From: Clostridiales bacterium
GTDB taxonomy: Bacteria > Bacillota > Clostridia > Christensenellales > DTU072
Assembly: GCA_012520515.1 (NCBI GenBank)
Contig: JAAYOD010000031.1
Coordinates: 4,327-68,326 of the forward strand
Direction: 5' to 3'
Length of the DNA stretch: 64,000 nt
Positions within the stretch are counted from its first letter, which is position 1. Each line of letters opens with the position of its first letter. A program made the position numbers and the translations under genes. The notes under the pieces are model-generated. The model did not search any database and was not told where the DNA came from. It worked only from the letters and a program-made list of their open reading frames with translations. This document shows, one piece after another, positions 29,553-37,603 of this stretch.

Positions 29553-30545
29553 TCACATAATGCAAATACTTACAGCGCCTGCTACGGCTGTAATGATACT
29601 GTAAAACGCTACAATTTTGCTTTCGTTGTAGCCCGACATTTCTAAATGGTGATGGTATGGAGCCATTAAAATAACTCTCTTTCCTTTAAGCTTAAAGCTA
29701 ACAACTTGCACTATTACTGATATGCTAGATACAATAAACATTATGCCTGCAATAAGTATAAGCAGTGGATTTTTGCTAAATAGCGCAATGCCTGCGCATG
29801 CGCCGCCTAATGCTAATGAGCCTGTATCTCCCATAAATACCCTTGCTTTGTTACTGTTGTGCCATAAAAATGCTGTAAGTGAACCTACAAGCGCTGCAAT
29901 AAAAATAAGGATATTGTTTAATTCTTCAGCATAAAAAGTCATTCCCAATTGGCTGGCGGAATAGTAGGTAGAAGCAATTACCACAAAAAAAGTGGCTAAG
30001 TATATGCTTGTTGTGCTGCCTGCAAGTCCATCTAAGCCGTCAGTTAGATTGACAGAGTTTGTGGTAGCTATATAAATTATTATGCTTAAAGGGATGTACC
30101 ACCATTGCAAATCAATTGTTTTAGCTATTATAGGAATGTTAATTTCTGAGCCTATATACATATTTTTATAGGCAAAAATAGTGGCAAGTATGGCTATTGC
30201 TGTTTGTGATATAACTTTTTGATATGCTTTTAAGCCTAAATTTCGTTTGAAAACTATTTTTATAAAGTCGTCTAAGCCACCTACAAGGGAATAACAAAGA
30301 GTAATAATTAAAATTATTGCTGCTAAATTGTAGCGACCTTTCCACATAATGAAGCAGGCAACAGATGTGCTAAGCATAAAAATAATACCGCCCATTGTGG
30401 GTATGCCTTCTTTATCTTTATGTTGCACAACATAGTTGAGTATGGTCTGCTTTGCTTTAAATCTTCTTATAACCTTTATTATCATGGGAGCTATTATCAT
30501 ACCCATAAAAAAGGCTATCAAAAAGCTAATTATCCACCTTATCAC
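29553..30545 (-). CDS. mraY: phospho-N-acetylmuramoyl-pentapeptide transferase
   Basis: KEGIPTMGGI, NSVNLTDGLDGLA, FMGDTGSLALGG and APYHHHLE motifs. Confidence 0.95.
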   Translation of the reverse strand: MIRWIISFLIAFFMGMIIAPMIIKVIRRFKAKQTILNYVVQHKDKEGIPTMGGIIFMLSTSVACFIMWKGRYNLAAIILIITLCYSLVGGLDDFIKIVFKRNLGLKAYQKVISQTAIAILATIFAYKNMYIGSEINIPIIAKTIDLQWWYIPLSIIIYIATTNSVNLTDGLDGLAGSTTSIYLATFFVVIASTYYSASQLGMTFYAEELNNILIFIAALVGSLTAFLWHNSNKARVFMGDTGSLALGGACAGIALFSKNPLLILIAGIMFIVSSISVIVQVVSFKLKGKRVILMAPYHHHLEMSGYNESKIVAFYSIITAVAGAVSICIM

Positions 30546-31974
30546 TCCTATATCTCCTTATTGCGTTTTGTACAGTTTGTTTATCCGAATATGGTCTTTT
30601 GGTACCCTTTTCGTCTATGTATCTCTCTGCTCCTTTTCCAGCAATAAGGATAATATCATCTTTTTGAGCTATCCTTACAGCGAAGTTTATCGCTCTTACT
30701 CTATCTACAACTTTTATGTAATTGTTGCTAATTTTTTTATGTCCTTCAGCTATTTCCTCTACAATTTCCGCTGGATTTTCCAGTCGCGGATTGTCACTTG
30801 TAATAATACTTATATCGCTATATTTTGCGCTTATCTCTCCCATTATTGGCCTTTTGGCCTTATCTCTATTACCACCACAGCCAAATACCGTTATTATTCC
30901 CTTTGCGGCAAGTTTTTTTACTGCTGATAAAATATTTTCCAGGCCGTCAGGAGTGTGAGCATAATCAATTATTACCGTTATGTCGCTCTTTAATATATTA
31001 AATCTGCCTGGAACTTCAGGAAGATTATTAAGCGCATTTATAATAATTTCATTACTAATGCCCATAGTTATACCCACTGTTATAGCAGATAGTACATTAT
31101 AGACATTAAACTCCCCTAAAATAGGCATATCAAGCTCAAAAACCTTATCAAATGCATTTATCACGCACTGGGTACGGGCATTTTTATAATCAATATTAAC
31201 AGCAAAAACATCGCTTGGATTTTTTAGTCCATAACTAAGCGTAAAAACTTTGTTTTGTTCAATTAGTTTTGCGCCATAACTGTCGTCGGCATTAACAACT
31301 GCTATTTGAATATTTTTGGAATTAAAGAAATCTGTTTTGGTCTTTATATAGTTGTCCATATCTCCAAAAAAGTCCAAATGGTCTTGGGAGATATTAGTAA
31401 AAATAGCAAAATCGCACTTTACATTATATAATTTTTCAAAAAATATGGCGTGTGCGCTTATTTCCATAACAATATGAGTAATTTGTTTAGCTTTAGCCAT
31501 AGCAAAAATTTTGTGTAATTCAATAGGGTCTGGTGTTGTCAAATCGCTTTCTACCAATTCTCCATCTAAGTCTACGCCTAGCGTGCCGATTATTGCTGTT
31601 TTATACCTGTTTTCGTGCAAAATTGCTGCCATTGTATGTGTAGTTGTAGTCTTGCCATTTGTGCCAATCACTCCAATTATTGTTAAATCTTTATGAGCAT
31701 TATCATAAAAGTTGGCGGCAATGTGGCTCATAGCTTTTCTTATATTGGTAACTTTAATATACGGAATATCAATTACACACTCTTGGCAAACTATTGCAAC
31801 TGCTCCATTATTTAGTGCGTCATTTATCTTTTCAGCATCGCCTTTTAGACTAAAATAAAGGGAATTTGGCATGCTCTCTTGCTCGTCTATTGTAAGATTT
31901 TCTATGCAGATATCCATATCCACATTACACTTTTTATACTCTATTCCACTTAAGAGTTGTTTTAATGTCTTCAT
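30526..31974 (-). CDS. murE: UDP-N-acetylmuramoyl-L-alanyl-D-glutamate--2,6-diaminopimelate ligase
   Basis: P-loop GVIGTNGKTTT, the DYAHTPDGL motif, and the DNPR motif (TSDNPRLENP) associated with meso-DAP-adding MurE. Confidence 0.9.
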   Translation of the reverse strand: MKTLKQLLSGIEYKKCNVDMDICIENLTIDEQESMPNSLYFSLKGDAEKINDALNNGAVAIVCQECVIDIPYIKVTNIRKAMSHIAANFYDNAHKDLTIIGVIGTNGKTTTTHTMAAILHENRYKTAIIGTLGVDLDGELVESDLTTPDPIELHKIFAMAKAKQITHIVMEISAHAIFFEKLYNVKCDFAIFTNISQDHLDFFGDMDNYIKTKTDFFNSKNIQIAVVNADDSYGAKLIEQNKVFTLSYGLKNPSDVFAVNIDYKNARTQCVINAFDKVFELDMPILGEFNVYNVLSAITVGITMGISNEIIINALNNLPEVPGRFNILKSDITVIIDYAHTPDGLENILSAVKKLAAKGIITVFGCGGNRDKAKRPIMGEISAKYSDISIITSDNPRLENPAEIVEEIAEGHKKISNNYIKVVDRVRAINFAVRIAQKDDIILIAGKGAERYIDEKGTKRPYSDKQTVQNAIRRYRSDKVDN

Positions 31975-31975
31975 A

Positions 31976-33832
31976 CTATTTCACCTCTATTAATGCAACA
32001 TTATCTGCGGTAACGATGCTACCTGCCACAGGAAACTGATAGCTGACAATTCCCCCGTCTCCGCTTAATTCATAGTACATATTTAATTTCTTAAGTGTTT
32101 TGATAGCTTCTGTGAGTGTCATGTCCACTAAATCAGGCATAACAAAGGTTGGTTTTTCTTCCACATTATTTGGCTGTAAGCCTTTATAATTGAATATTCC
32201 ATCAAATATTTGAGACGCATAGGGTGCAGCTACTAAACTTCCATAATATAGGTAGCTTGGCGGTTCGTCTACAATAAACAATAATATATATTCTGGGTCA
32301 TCAGCGGGCGCAAATCCTATAAAGGTAGATACATATTTACCATGTGCAATAACACCATTTTCATATTTTTGGGCAGTGCCAGTTTTTCCGCCTATTCTAT
32401 AACCAGCAACTCCAGCGTTTTTGCCGCCCCCCTCTACTACAACGCTTTCAAGCACTTCTCGCATTATTTTACTTGTTTGTTCGCTGATGGTAGTTCTTTT
32501 AGTTACTGGATGACCTTGCGCAATTGTGTTGCCCTTGTTGTCCACCACTCTATCTAAGATATAAGGAGTCATTAGTTTGCCGCCGTTTATAACGGACGCG
32601 CTTGCATTAAGTAAAGCAATTGGCGTTACAGCTATTGCTTGACCAAATCCCATTCTTGCCAAGTCTACCGATTTGACGCCGTCATAGCCTATGGTAAGTC
32701 CGCTAGCTTCGCCGCTCATATCTATTCCTGTTTTTTCTTTGAGTCCAAATACATCTATATAGTTATAAAACTCTTTGCTGCCAAGCTTTTGTGCTATGTC
32801 CATAAACAAGCAGTTACAAGAATTTTGAACGCCTTTTACAAAATTTTGTGAACCGTGTCCTATTGTTTTCCAGCACCTTATTCTCTTTCCGTCCACAATA
32901 CGATAACCTGGACAATATACAGGACTTTGAGTAGTTACTACTCCCTTTTCTAAACCAGCCGCAGCAGTAAGAATTTTAAAAGTAGAACCTGGCTCATATA
33001 CGCTTGACACAATAAGGCTGTTGCTTAGACCAAATAATTTTATTACATCATCTCTTGGTATATTATTTAGGTCGTAAGAGGGACGCTGCGCCATAGCTAA
33101 TATAGCGCCCGTCTTTGGATTCATTACAAGACAGCTAACAGCTTTTGCTTCAAATTTTGCATAAGCATCTTGAATAGCATTTTCAACAATGTTTTGAATG
33201 GCGTAATCAAGTGTTAGGTATATGCTGTTGCCTTTTTTACCTTGAATATATCTAGTGACATTGCTTTCAAGCTCTCTGCCAACTAAGTCAGTTTCGGTAA
33301 GAATATATCCGTCAATTCCCTTAAGATAATTGTTATAATAAGCTTCTACTCCCGATTGCCCCATGCCATCGACATTGGTAAAACCAAGAATTTGCGTCAT
33401 AAAATCGCCGTATGGATATACTCTGTTTAGATTTTGAGAAAAATACACCCCAGTTATCTTACTCTGCACAAGCTCTTGCATTTGCGCTTTGCTTACCTTT
33501 TTAGCTACTGTGATTTCGCTAACTTTGGAAGTCATTTTCTCTAGCAATTTGTCGCTTTCTATACCTAGCACGCTACCAAGCATTTTTGCGGTGTATTCTT
33601 TGTTCTTTACAGAAACGGGGCGCACATAAACAGTGTAGAGCGTTTCGGTATCTGCAAGAATAACGCCGTTAGCGTCGAAAATGTCGCCGCGCTCTCCTGT
33701 AATTGGAACATCGCGTGTCCATTGGTCCAAAGCTTTAATTTGCATGCTTTTTCCCGACACTATTTGTATATAAACAAGTTTACCTATAACCGCTACAAAT
33801 AAAAAGGCTATTAGCAAACCTGTTGCTAACAA
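31976..33832 (-). CDS. class B penicillin-binding protein (FtsI/SpoVD-type) with a C-terminal PASTA domain
   Basis: STFK (EPGSTFK), SCN and KTGT transpeptidase motifs, and one PASTA-like C-terminal domain (MPDLVDMTLTEAIKTLKKL...). The start codon is ambiguous (TTG at 33832 or an upstream ATT; see findings). Confidence 0.9.
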   Translation of the reverse strand: MLATGLLIAFLFVAVIGKLVYIQIVSGKSMQIKALDQWTRDVPITGERGDIFDANGVILADTETLYTVYVRPVSVKNKEYTAKMLGSVLGIESDKLLEKMTSKVSEITVAKKVSKAQMQELVQSKITGVYFSQNLNRVYPYGDFMTQILGFTNVDGMGQSGVEAYYNNYLKGIDGYILTETDLVGRELESNVTRYIQGKKGNSIYLTLDYAIQNIVENAIQDAYAKFEAKAVSCLVMNPKTGAILAMAQRPSYDLNNIPRDDVIKLFGLSNSLIVSSVYEPGSTFKILTAAAGLEKGVVTTQSPVYCPGYRIVDGKRIRCWKTIGHGSQNFVKGVQNSCNCLFMDIAQKLGSKEFYNYIDVFGLKEKTGIDMSGEASGLTIGYDGVKSVDLARMGFGQAIAVTPIALLNASASVINGGKLMTPYILDRVVDNKGNTIAQGHPVTKRTTISEQTSKIMREVLESVVVEGGGKNAGVAGYRIGGKTGTAQKYENGVIAHGKYVSTFIGFAPADDPEYILLFIVDEPPSYLYYGSLVAAPYASQIFDGIFNYKGLQPNNVEEKPTFVMPDLVDMTLTEAIKTLKKLNMYYELSGDGGIVSYQFPVAGSIVTADNVALIEVK

Positions 33833-33882
33833 CCTTCTCCTTTGTCTGTATCTGGAATAATTAATGGGTTTTTTCCTCGCTA

Positions 33883-34425
33883 TTATTTATTTATAGCGTC
33901 ACACAAGCGGTCAAACCAGTTATCTTGCTCAGAATCATTATCTTCTATGGTCATGCTCTTAACAGCGCCTTTGTTTTCTACCACTCCTGTTTCAGTGGCG
34001 TTAGCAATGTCACTAGTATAGATATCGCTTGTGTTTGCTACTATTAAAATAGATGCAAGAACTACCATAATAATGACATAAAAAGCTAAGATTATTTTGC
34101 CACCTTTTTTGAATGTAACATTGTTAAACAATTTTCCAAAAGATTTCGACTTTGTCTGCTCTTTATTGACATTAGAGTAAAACTCTTCTTTTGTTAACAC
34201 TCTTTCCGTCGATGGACCTTTGCGGTTTAGTTGAGCAAATAAGTATTTGTCATAATCGCTGTACTCACGCTCATTTACTTCACTTGACTTTTGTTTTCTG
34301 TTTTTTACATTTATTTCTTGATTAAATGACGGAATAACAGCATCTTCTTTTAGAGCATTTTTCTTGCTAAGAATGTATTTGTCATAACTTGTAAGTTCTT
34401 CATTTAAATAATAATAGTTTTCCAT
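33883..34425 (-). CDS. bitopic membrane protein in the FtsL position (atypical)
   Basis: 180 aa: a ~110-aa charged N-terminal part, one TM (IILAFYVIIMVVLASILIVA) and a ~50-aa acidic C-terminal part. It lies between rsmH and the PBP gene. No FtsL-like leucine zipper is evident. Confidence 0.5.
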   Translation of the reverse strand: MENYYYLNEELTSYDKYILSKKNALKEDAVIPSFNQEINVKNRKQKSSEVNEREYSDYDKYLFAQLNRKGPSTERVLTKEEFYSNVNKEQTKSKSFGKLFNNVTFKKGGKIILAFYVIIMVVLASILIVANTSDIYTSDIANATETGVVENKGAVKSMTIEDNDSEQDNWFDRLCDAINK

Positions 34426-34448
34426 CCTTCCCTTCCTCCTTGATTCTT

Positions 34449-35378
34449 TTACAACCTTTCAATTATCCTTAGCTTTGCGCTTTCTGCTCTTTTGTTTATC
34501 TCAATTTCCTTTGAACCTAGTATTGGCTTTTTGGTAATTATTTTTACTTCCTTTCTTTTATCGCAGGTACATACAGGCATTTTTTTGTCGCAGATACAAT
34601 CTGTTTCAAGATACTTAAACGCGCGCTTTACCAATCTATCTTCTAATGAGTGAAAGGTAATTACGCACATTCTTCCCCCTTTATTTAACCTTAACGCTGC
34701 CTTTTCTATAAATTCTCCCAGTCCCCTTAGTTCATCATTAACTTCTATCCTTATGGCTTGAAAAGTCCGTTTTGCTAAGCCTGCTCCGATATACCTTTCT
34801 TTTGACGGATAACAGCTTATTATTAAGCTCACAAGCTCCAGTGTAGTTTTTATAGGAGCTACTTCTCTTGCCGCGCAAATTTTTCTAGCAATGTATTTTG
34901 CGTATCTTTCTTCTCCGTATTCTAGAATTATATGTTCTAGTTGTTTTTGGCCGTATGTGTTGACCACATCAAATGCCGATAAAGTTTGAAAGTAGTCCAT
35001 TCGCATATCCAGAGGCGCGTCTTTGGTATACGAAAACCCCCTGTTTGCGTTATCTATTTGATGTGAACTTACTCCAAGGTCTAGTAAAATTCCATCTAAA
35101 TGCTTTATGTCAAGGTCGTCAAGATAGCTTATGATATTCTTAAAATCATCATGGATAAGTTTTACCCTTTCTCCATATTTTGATAGCTTTTCTTGAGCGT
35201 TTTTTATAGCTGTCATATCCTTGTCGGTAGCTATAAGCAGTCCATTGGTAAGATGCTTTAGTATTCCTTCCGAATGTCCGCCTCCGCCTAATGTGCCGTC
35301 AAAGTATATGCCGTTTTCCTTTATGTTAAGTCCTGACAATACTTCGTTGTATAGCACAGGGATATGTTTGTAATCCAT
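34449..35378 (-). CDS. rsmH: 16S rRNA (cytosine1402-N4)-methyltransferase
   Basis: HIPVLYNEVL, DGTLGGGGHSE, DLGVSSHQID, ITFHSLEDRLVK. Confidence 0.95.
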   Translation of the reverse strand: MDYKHIPVLYNEVLSGLNIKENGIYFDGTLGGGGHSEGILKHLTNGLLIATDKDMTAIKNAQEKLSKYGERVKLIHDDFKNIISYLDDLDIKHLDGILLDLGVSSHQIDNANRGFSYTKDAPLDMRMDYFQTLSAFDVVNTYGQKQLEHIILEYGEERYAKYIARKICAAREVAPIKTTLELVSLIISCYPSKERYIGAGLAKRTFQAIRIEVNDELRGLGEFIEKAALRLNKGGRMCVITFHSLEDRLVKRAFKYLETDCICDKKMPVCTCDKRKEVKIITKKPILGSKEIEINKRAESAKLRIIERL

Positions 35379-35379
35379 T

Positions 35380-35808
35380 TTATACCTGCAACAGTTTTAC
35401 AACTGAATTTATATCTAGCTTGTTTTGTCCCCATCTAGCTTCATAGGCTTCTTCTGACCAAATCTCAATACGGTTAAGCACGCCTACAAAAACCATTTTT
35501 TTATTGATATTGGCATAAGATTTTAGATTGTTTTGCAAAATAAATCTGCCTTGCGCATCTTCTTCAGGTACTTGCATAGTACTTGCAAGCGCTCTTAGGG
35601 CGTCTTGCTTTTCTTCTTCATTAAGCTTAAGGTCATTTAGCTTATCAGTAAACAGCGCATTAAATTCTTGCTCTCCTAAAACAAATAGACAACCGTCTGT
35701 ACCACCGCAAATAATAAAGTTGTCGCTAAGCTTCGCGCGAAATTTATTTGGGATACGCATACGGTTTTTATCGTCTAGCGCTATTCTGTGTACTCCAAAA
35801 AATTGCAT
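35380..35808 (-). CDS. mraZ: transcriptional regulator MraZ
   Basis: Two DxxxR-type SpoVT/AbrB-like repeats (LDDKNRMRIP and the second-half equivalent EDAQGRFIL), first gene of the dcw cluster. The start is taken at MQFFG (ATG 35806-35808, GGAGA SD). Confidence 0.9.
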   Translation of the reverse strand: MQFFGVHRIALDDKNRMRIPNKFRAKLSDNFIICGGTDGCLFVLGEQEFNALFTDKLNDLKLNEEEKQDALRALASTMQVPEEDAQGRFILQNNLKSYANINKKMVFVGVLNRIEIWSEEAYEARWGQNKLDINSVVKLLQV

Positions 35809-35837
35809 TACAATCTCCATCTCTAATTTACAATTCT

Positions 35838-35875
35838 ATTCTAGCACAAATATTTTCCACTTTCAACCACTTTTT
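35838..35875 (-). promoter_or_regulatory. dcw/mraZ promoter (TTGAAA-N17-TGcTAGAAT) with GTGG direct repeats (candidate MraZ operator)
   Basis: Minus strand reads aaaAGTGGTTGAAAGTGGaaaatatttgTGCTAGAAT. The -35 is at 35866-35861 and the -10 at 35843-35838. Two AGTGG boxes 10 nt apart (CCACT on + at 35857-35861 and 35867-35871) bracket the -35. Confidence 0.45.
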
Positions 35876-36079
35876 GAAAATAATAATTTTAATTTTTGGA
35901 AACAAAATGGATAATATTAAAGGTAGTGTCTAATTTTTAATCATTATGCGTAAAATAGTGTAAAATTAAACATTTTGTCGGTGGAAATTTTTCCCTACAA
36001 TTTATTAAAAAATTATTATTTTAAGGTAAAAGACAAGCTCTTTATATAAAAGGAGCTTAATCATAGATAATTTTTGACA

Positions 36080-36778
36080 TTAAAAAATTTGAATTAGCTT
36101 GTTATCAACTAAATCACAAGAAGTTAAAAAATAATTTGTGTTTTTCTTTTTTAATTGCAACTCATGACGGGATTTATTGCCGTGCAGATGTCCATAAATG
36201 ACATATCTTATGTCGTTTTCGTCAAATAATGTTGTAATAGGGCTGTCTTGGAAAAGAGAGTTAAAAGGCGGAAAGTGTACCATAGCTATTATAGTATCTC
36301 CGTCGGTATATAATTTTTTGGCATCGTCAATGCTTAACTGCAATCTGATTATTTCTCTGTTAAAAATTTTTTCATCCTTCTCTTCAACATTATTTTCATC
36401 TTCGGGAACTGTCCAACCCCTTGTGCCGCAAATAATAAATTTGTCGAATTTTTGCGCATTGTTTTGTAAAAAATGTATGCTTTTTGGGGCAGATTTTTTA
36501 ATCTTAGAATAGCTAGACCACCAATAATCGTGGTTGCCGCGAATAATGATTTTTTGACCGTTTAGATTGGCGATTTTCTCCAAATCTGGCATAGCCTCTT
36601 GCAAAGTCATAGCCCAAGATGTATCGCCTGAAATAAGTACTATATCATCATTGCCCACCTTTTTATCCCAATCTTCTTTTATCTTGTCAAAATGCCCTAT
36701 CCAATGTTCGCCAAAGATATCCATAGGTTTGTTAGAGGCGCTAGCTAAGTGCAAATCGCTTATTGCAAAAACTTTCAT
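36080..36778 (-). CDS. calcineurin-like metallophosphoesterase
   Basis: MKVFAISDLHL, GDTSWA, RGNHDYWW and GHLHG motifs (the D-x-H / GD / GNH / GH pattern). Confidence 0.8.
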   Translation of the reverse strand: MKVFAISDLHLASASNKPMDIFGEHWIGHFDKIKEDWDKKVGNDDIVLISGDTSWAMTLQEAMPDLEKIANLNGQKIIIRGNHDYWWSSYSKIKKSAPKSIHFLQNNAQKFDKFIICGTRGWTVPEDENNVEEKDEKIFNREIIRLQLSIDDAKKLYTDGDTIIAMVHFPPFNSLFQDSPITTLFDENDIRYVIYGHLHGNKSRHELQLKKKNTNYFLTSCDLVDNKLIQIF

Positions 36779-36809
36779 AAAAAATCCTTTACTCTACTAA
36801 TTAATATAG

Positions 36810-36838
36810 ATTTTATCATATCTTATACATTTATTCAA
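36810..36838 (-). promoter_or_regulatory. sigma-A type promoter for the metallophosphoesterase gene (TTGAAT-N17-TAAAAT)
   Basis: Minus strand has TTGAAT (36838-36833), a 17-nt spacer and TAAAAT (36815-36810). Confidence 0.5.
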
Positions 36839-36871
36839 TATTTATCTTTGTTTGTCAGCAGTTTTGTGGAC

Positions 36872-36908
36872 AAAATAATAACAGCCTCGGTATTGACCAA
36901 GGCTGTAT
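36872..36908 (-). terminator. hairpin plus U-rich tract downstream of the Cys-rich gene
   Basis: acagcct(cgg) at 36881-36890 pairs with (cca)aggctgt at 36897-36906, with one mismatch, followed on the minus transcript by uuauuauuuu. Confidence 0.5.
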
Positions 36909-36923
36909 ACTCTTTTGTAATGC

Positions 36924-37514
36924 TTATCGTGGAAACACTGGCGTGTTGAACACTCCGCTACAAACATCTTCTGTGAACTCTTGACAAGGAGGCAATACAG
37001 GGTAGCCAAAACTAGGTACCACAAGTATTACATCTGCCACAACTTTTGTAATTAGCGTGACGCATAGCGTGGTTCTTAATTCGCAACCGCAAAGTGAGTT
37101 TTGCATACCTACTATTGCCGCTAGCGCCACTACTTCAGGTAGGAATACTCCGTCCTGAGGAACCCTCAACACTAAATCCTGTTCGAAGGTTATTGAGGAT
37201 GTACCAGTGATTTTGCATCCCGCCAGTGTTGTTGCTTCAACAATAATTGGTACCGTTAAGTTGTATCTTACTCTAGAACATGGACTTCCTGATATTGGTG
37301 TTACGCTCGTACATGAGATTACGCCCGGGCCAGAGTTTGTTACGCTGGTAACAGTCGCACCTGTTGGGTCACCACAGAAAGAGACATTAAGTGTACTAGA
37401 GATACTTTTTTGCTGCATACAAACATCAAACACTTTGTTGACTTCTATGCAGGTTTTTTCGGCAACATTATTAGCACAACCTATTGCGGGAGAATTTTTG
37501 TGATTGTAAGCCAT
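36924..37514 (-). CDS. orphan cysteine-rich, Val/Thr/Ser-rich protein of unknown function (candidate spore-surface structural protein)
   Basis: 196-aa ORF with a good SD (AGGGAGA), its own promoter-like element and terminator, 12 Cys, and no signal peptide or TM. I do not recognise the family. Confidence 0.6.
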   Translation of the reverse strand: MAYNHKNSPAIGCANNVAEKTCIEVNKVFDVCMQQKSISSTLNVSFCGDPTGATVTSVTNSGPGVISCTSVTPISGSPCSRVRYNLTVPIIVEATTLAGCKITGTSSITFEQDLVLRVPQDGVFLPEVVALAAIVGMQNSLCGCELRTTLCVTLITKVVADVILVVPSFGYPVLPPCQEFTEDVCSGVFNTPVFPR

Positions 37515-37547
37515 ATTAATATCTCCCTTTTTTTAGTATCTATTACA

Positions 37548-37573
37548 TAATATGGGAGAATTATATTTTATGT
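37548..37573 (-). promoter_or_regulatory. candidate sigma-K/sigma-E-type promoter (AC-N17-CATATTAT) for the Cys-rich gene
   Basis: Minus strand has AC (37573-37572), a 17-nt spacer, then CATATTA (37554-37548, followed by T at 37547), about 27 nt upstream of the ATG. This is a motif match only. Confidence 0.35.
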
Positions 37574-37603
37574 GCAATCAAAAACTTGCTATAAAATTTA
37601 CTC

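Noticed and set aside
30436-30927. 163-aa + strand ORF spanning the mraY/murE junction
   Set aside because: It is antisense to two conserved genes, with an AT-codon-rich hydrophobic translation (Ile/Phe/Tyr-rich) typical of shadow frames in AT-rich DNA.
35881-36079. ~200 nt of AT-rich, ORF-free sequence between the metallophosphoesterase gene and the mraZ promoter; checked for an sRNA, tRNA or riboswitch
   Set aside because: It contains only a weak 6-bp hairpin (~36035-36062) that may terminate the upstream gene, and 7-8-codon mini-ORFs without SD. There are no conserved RNA motifs I can recognise. It is left unexplained rather than called.
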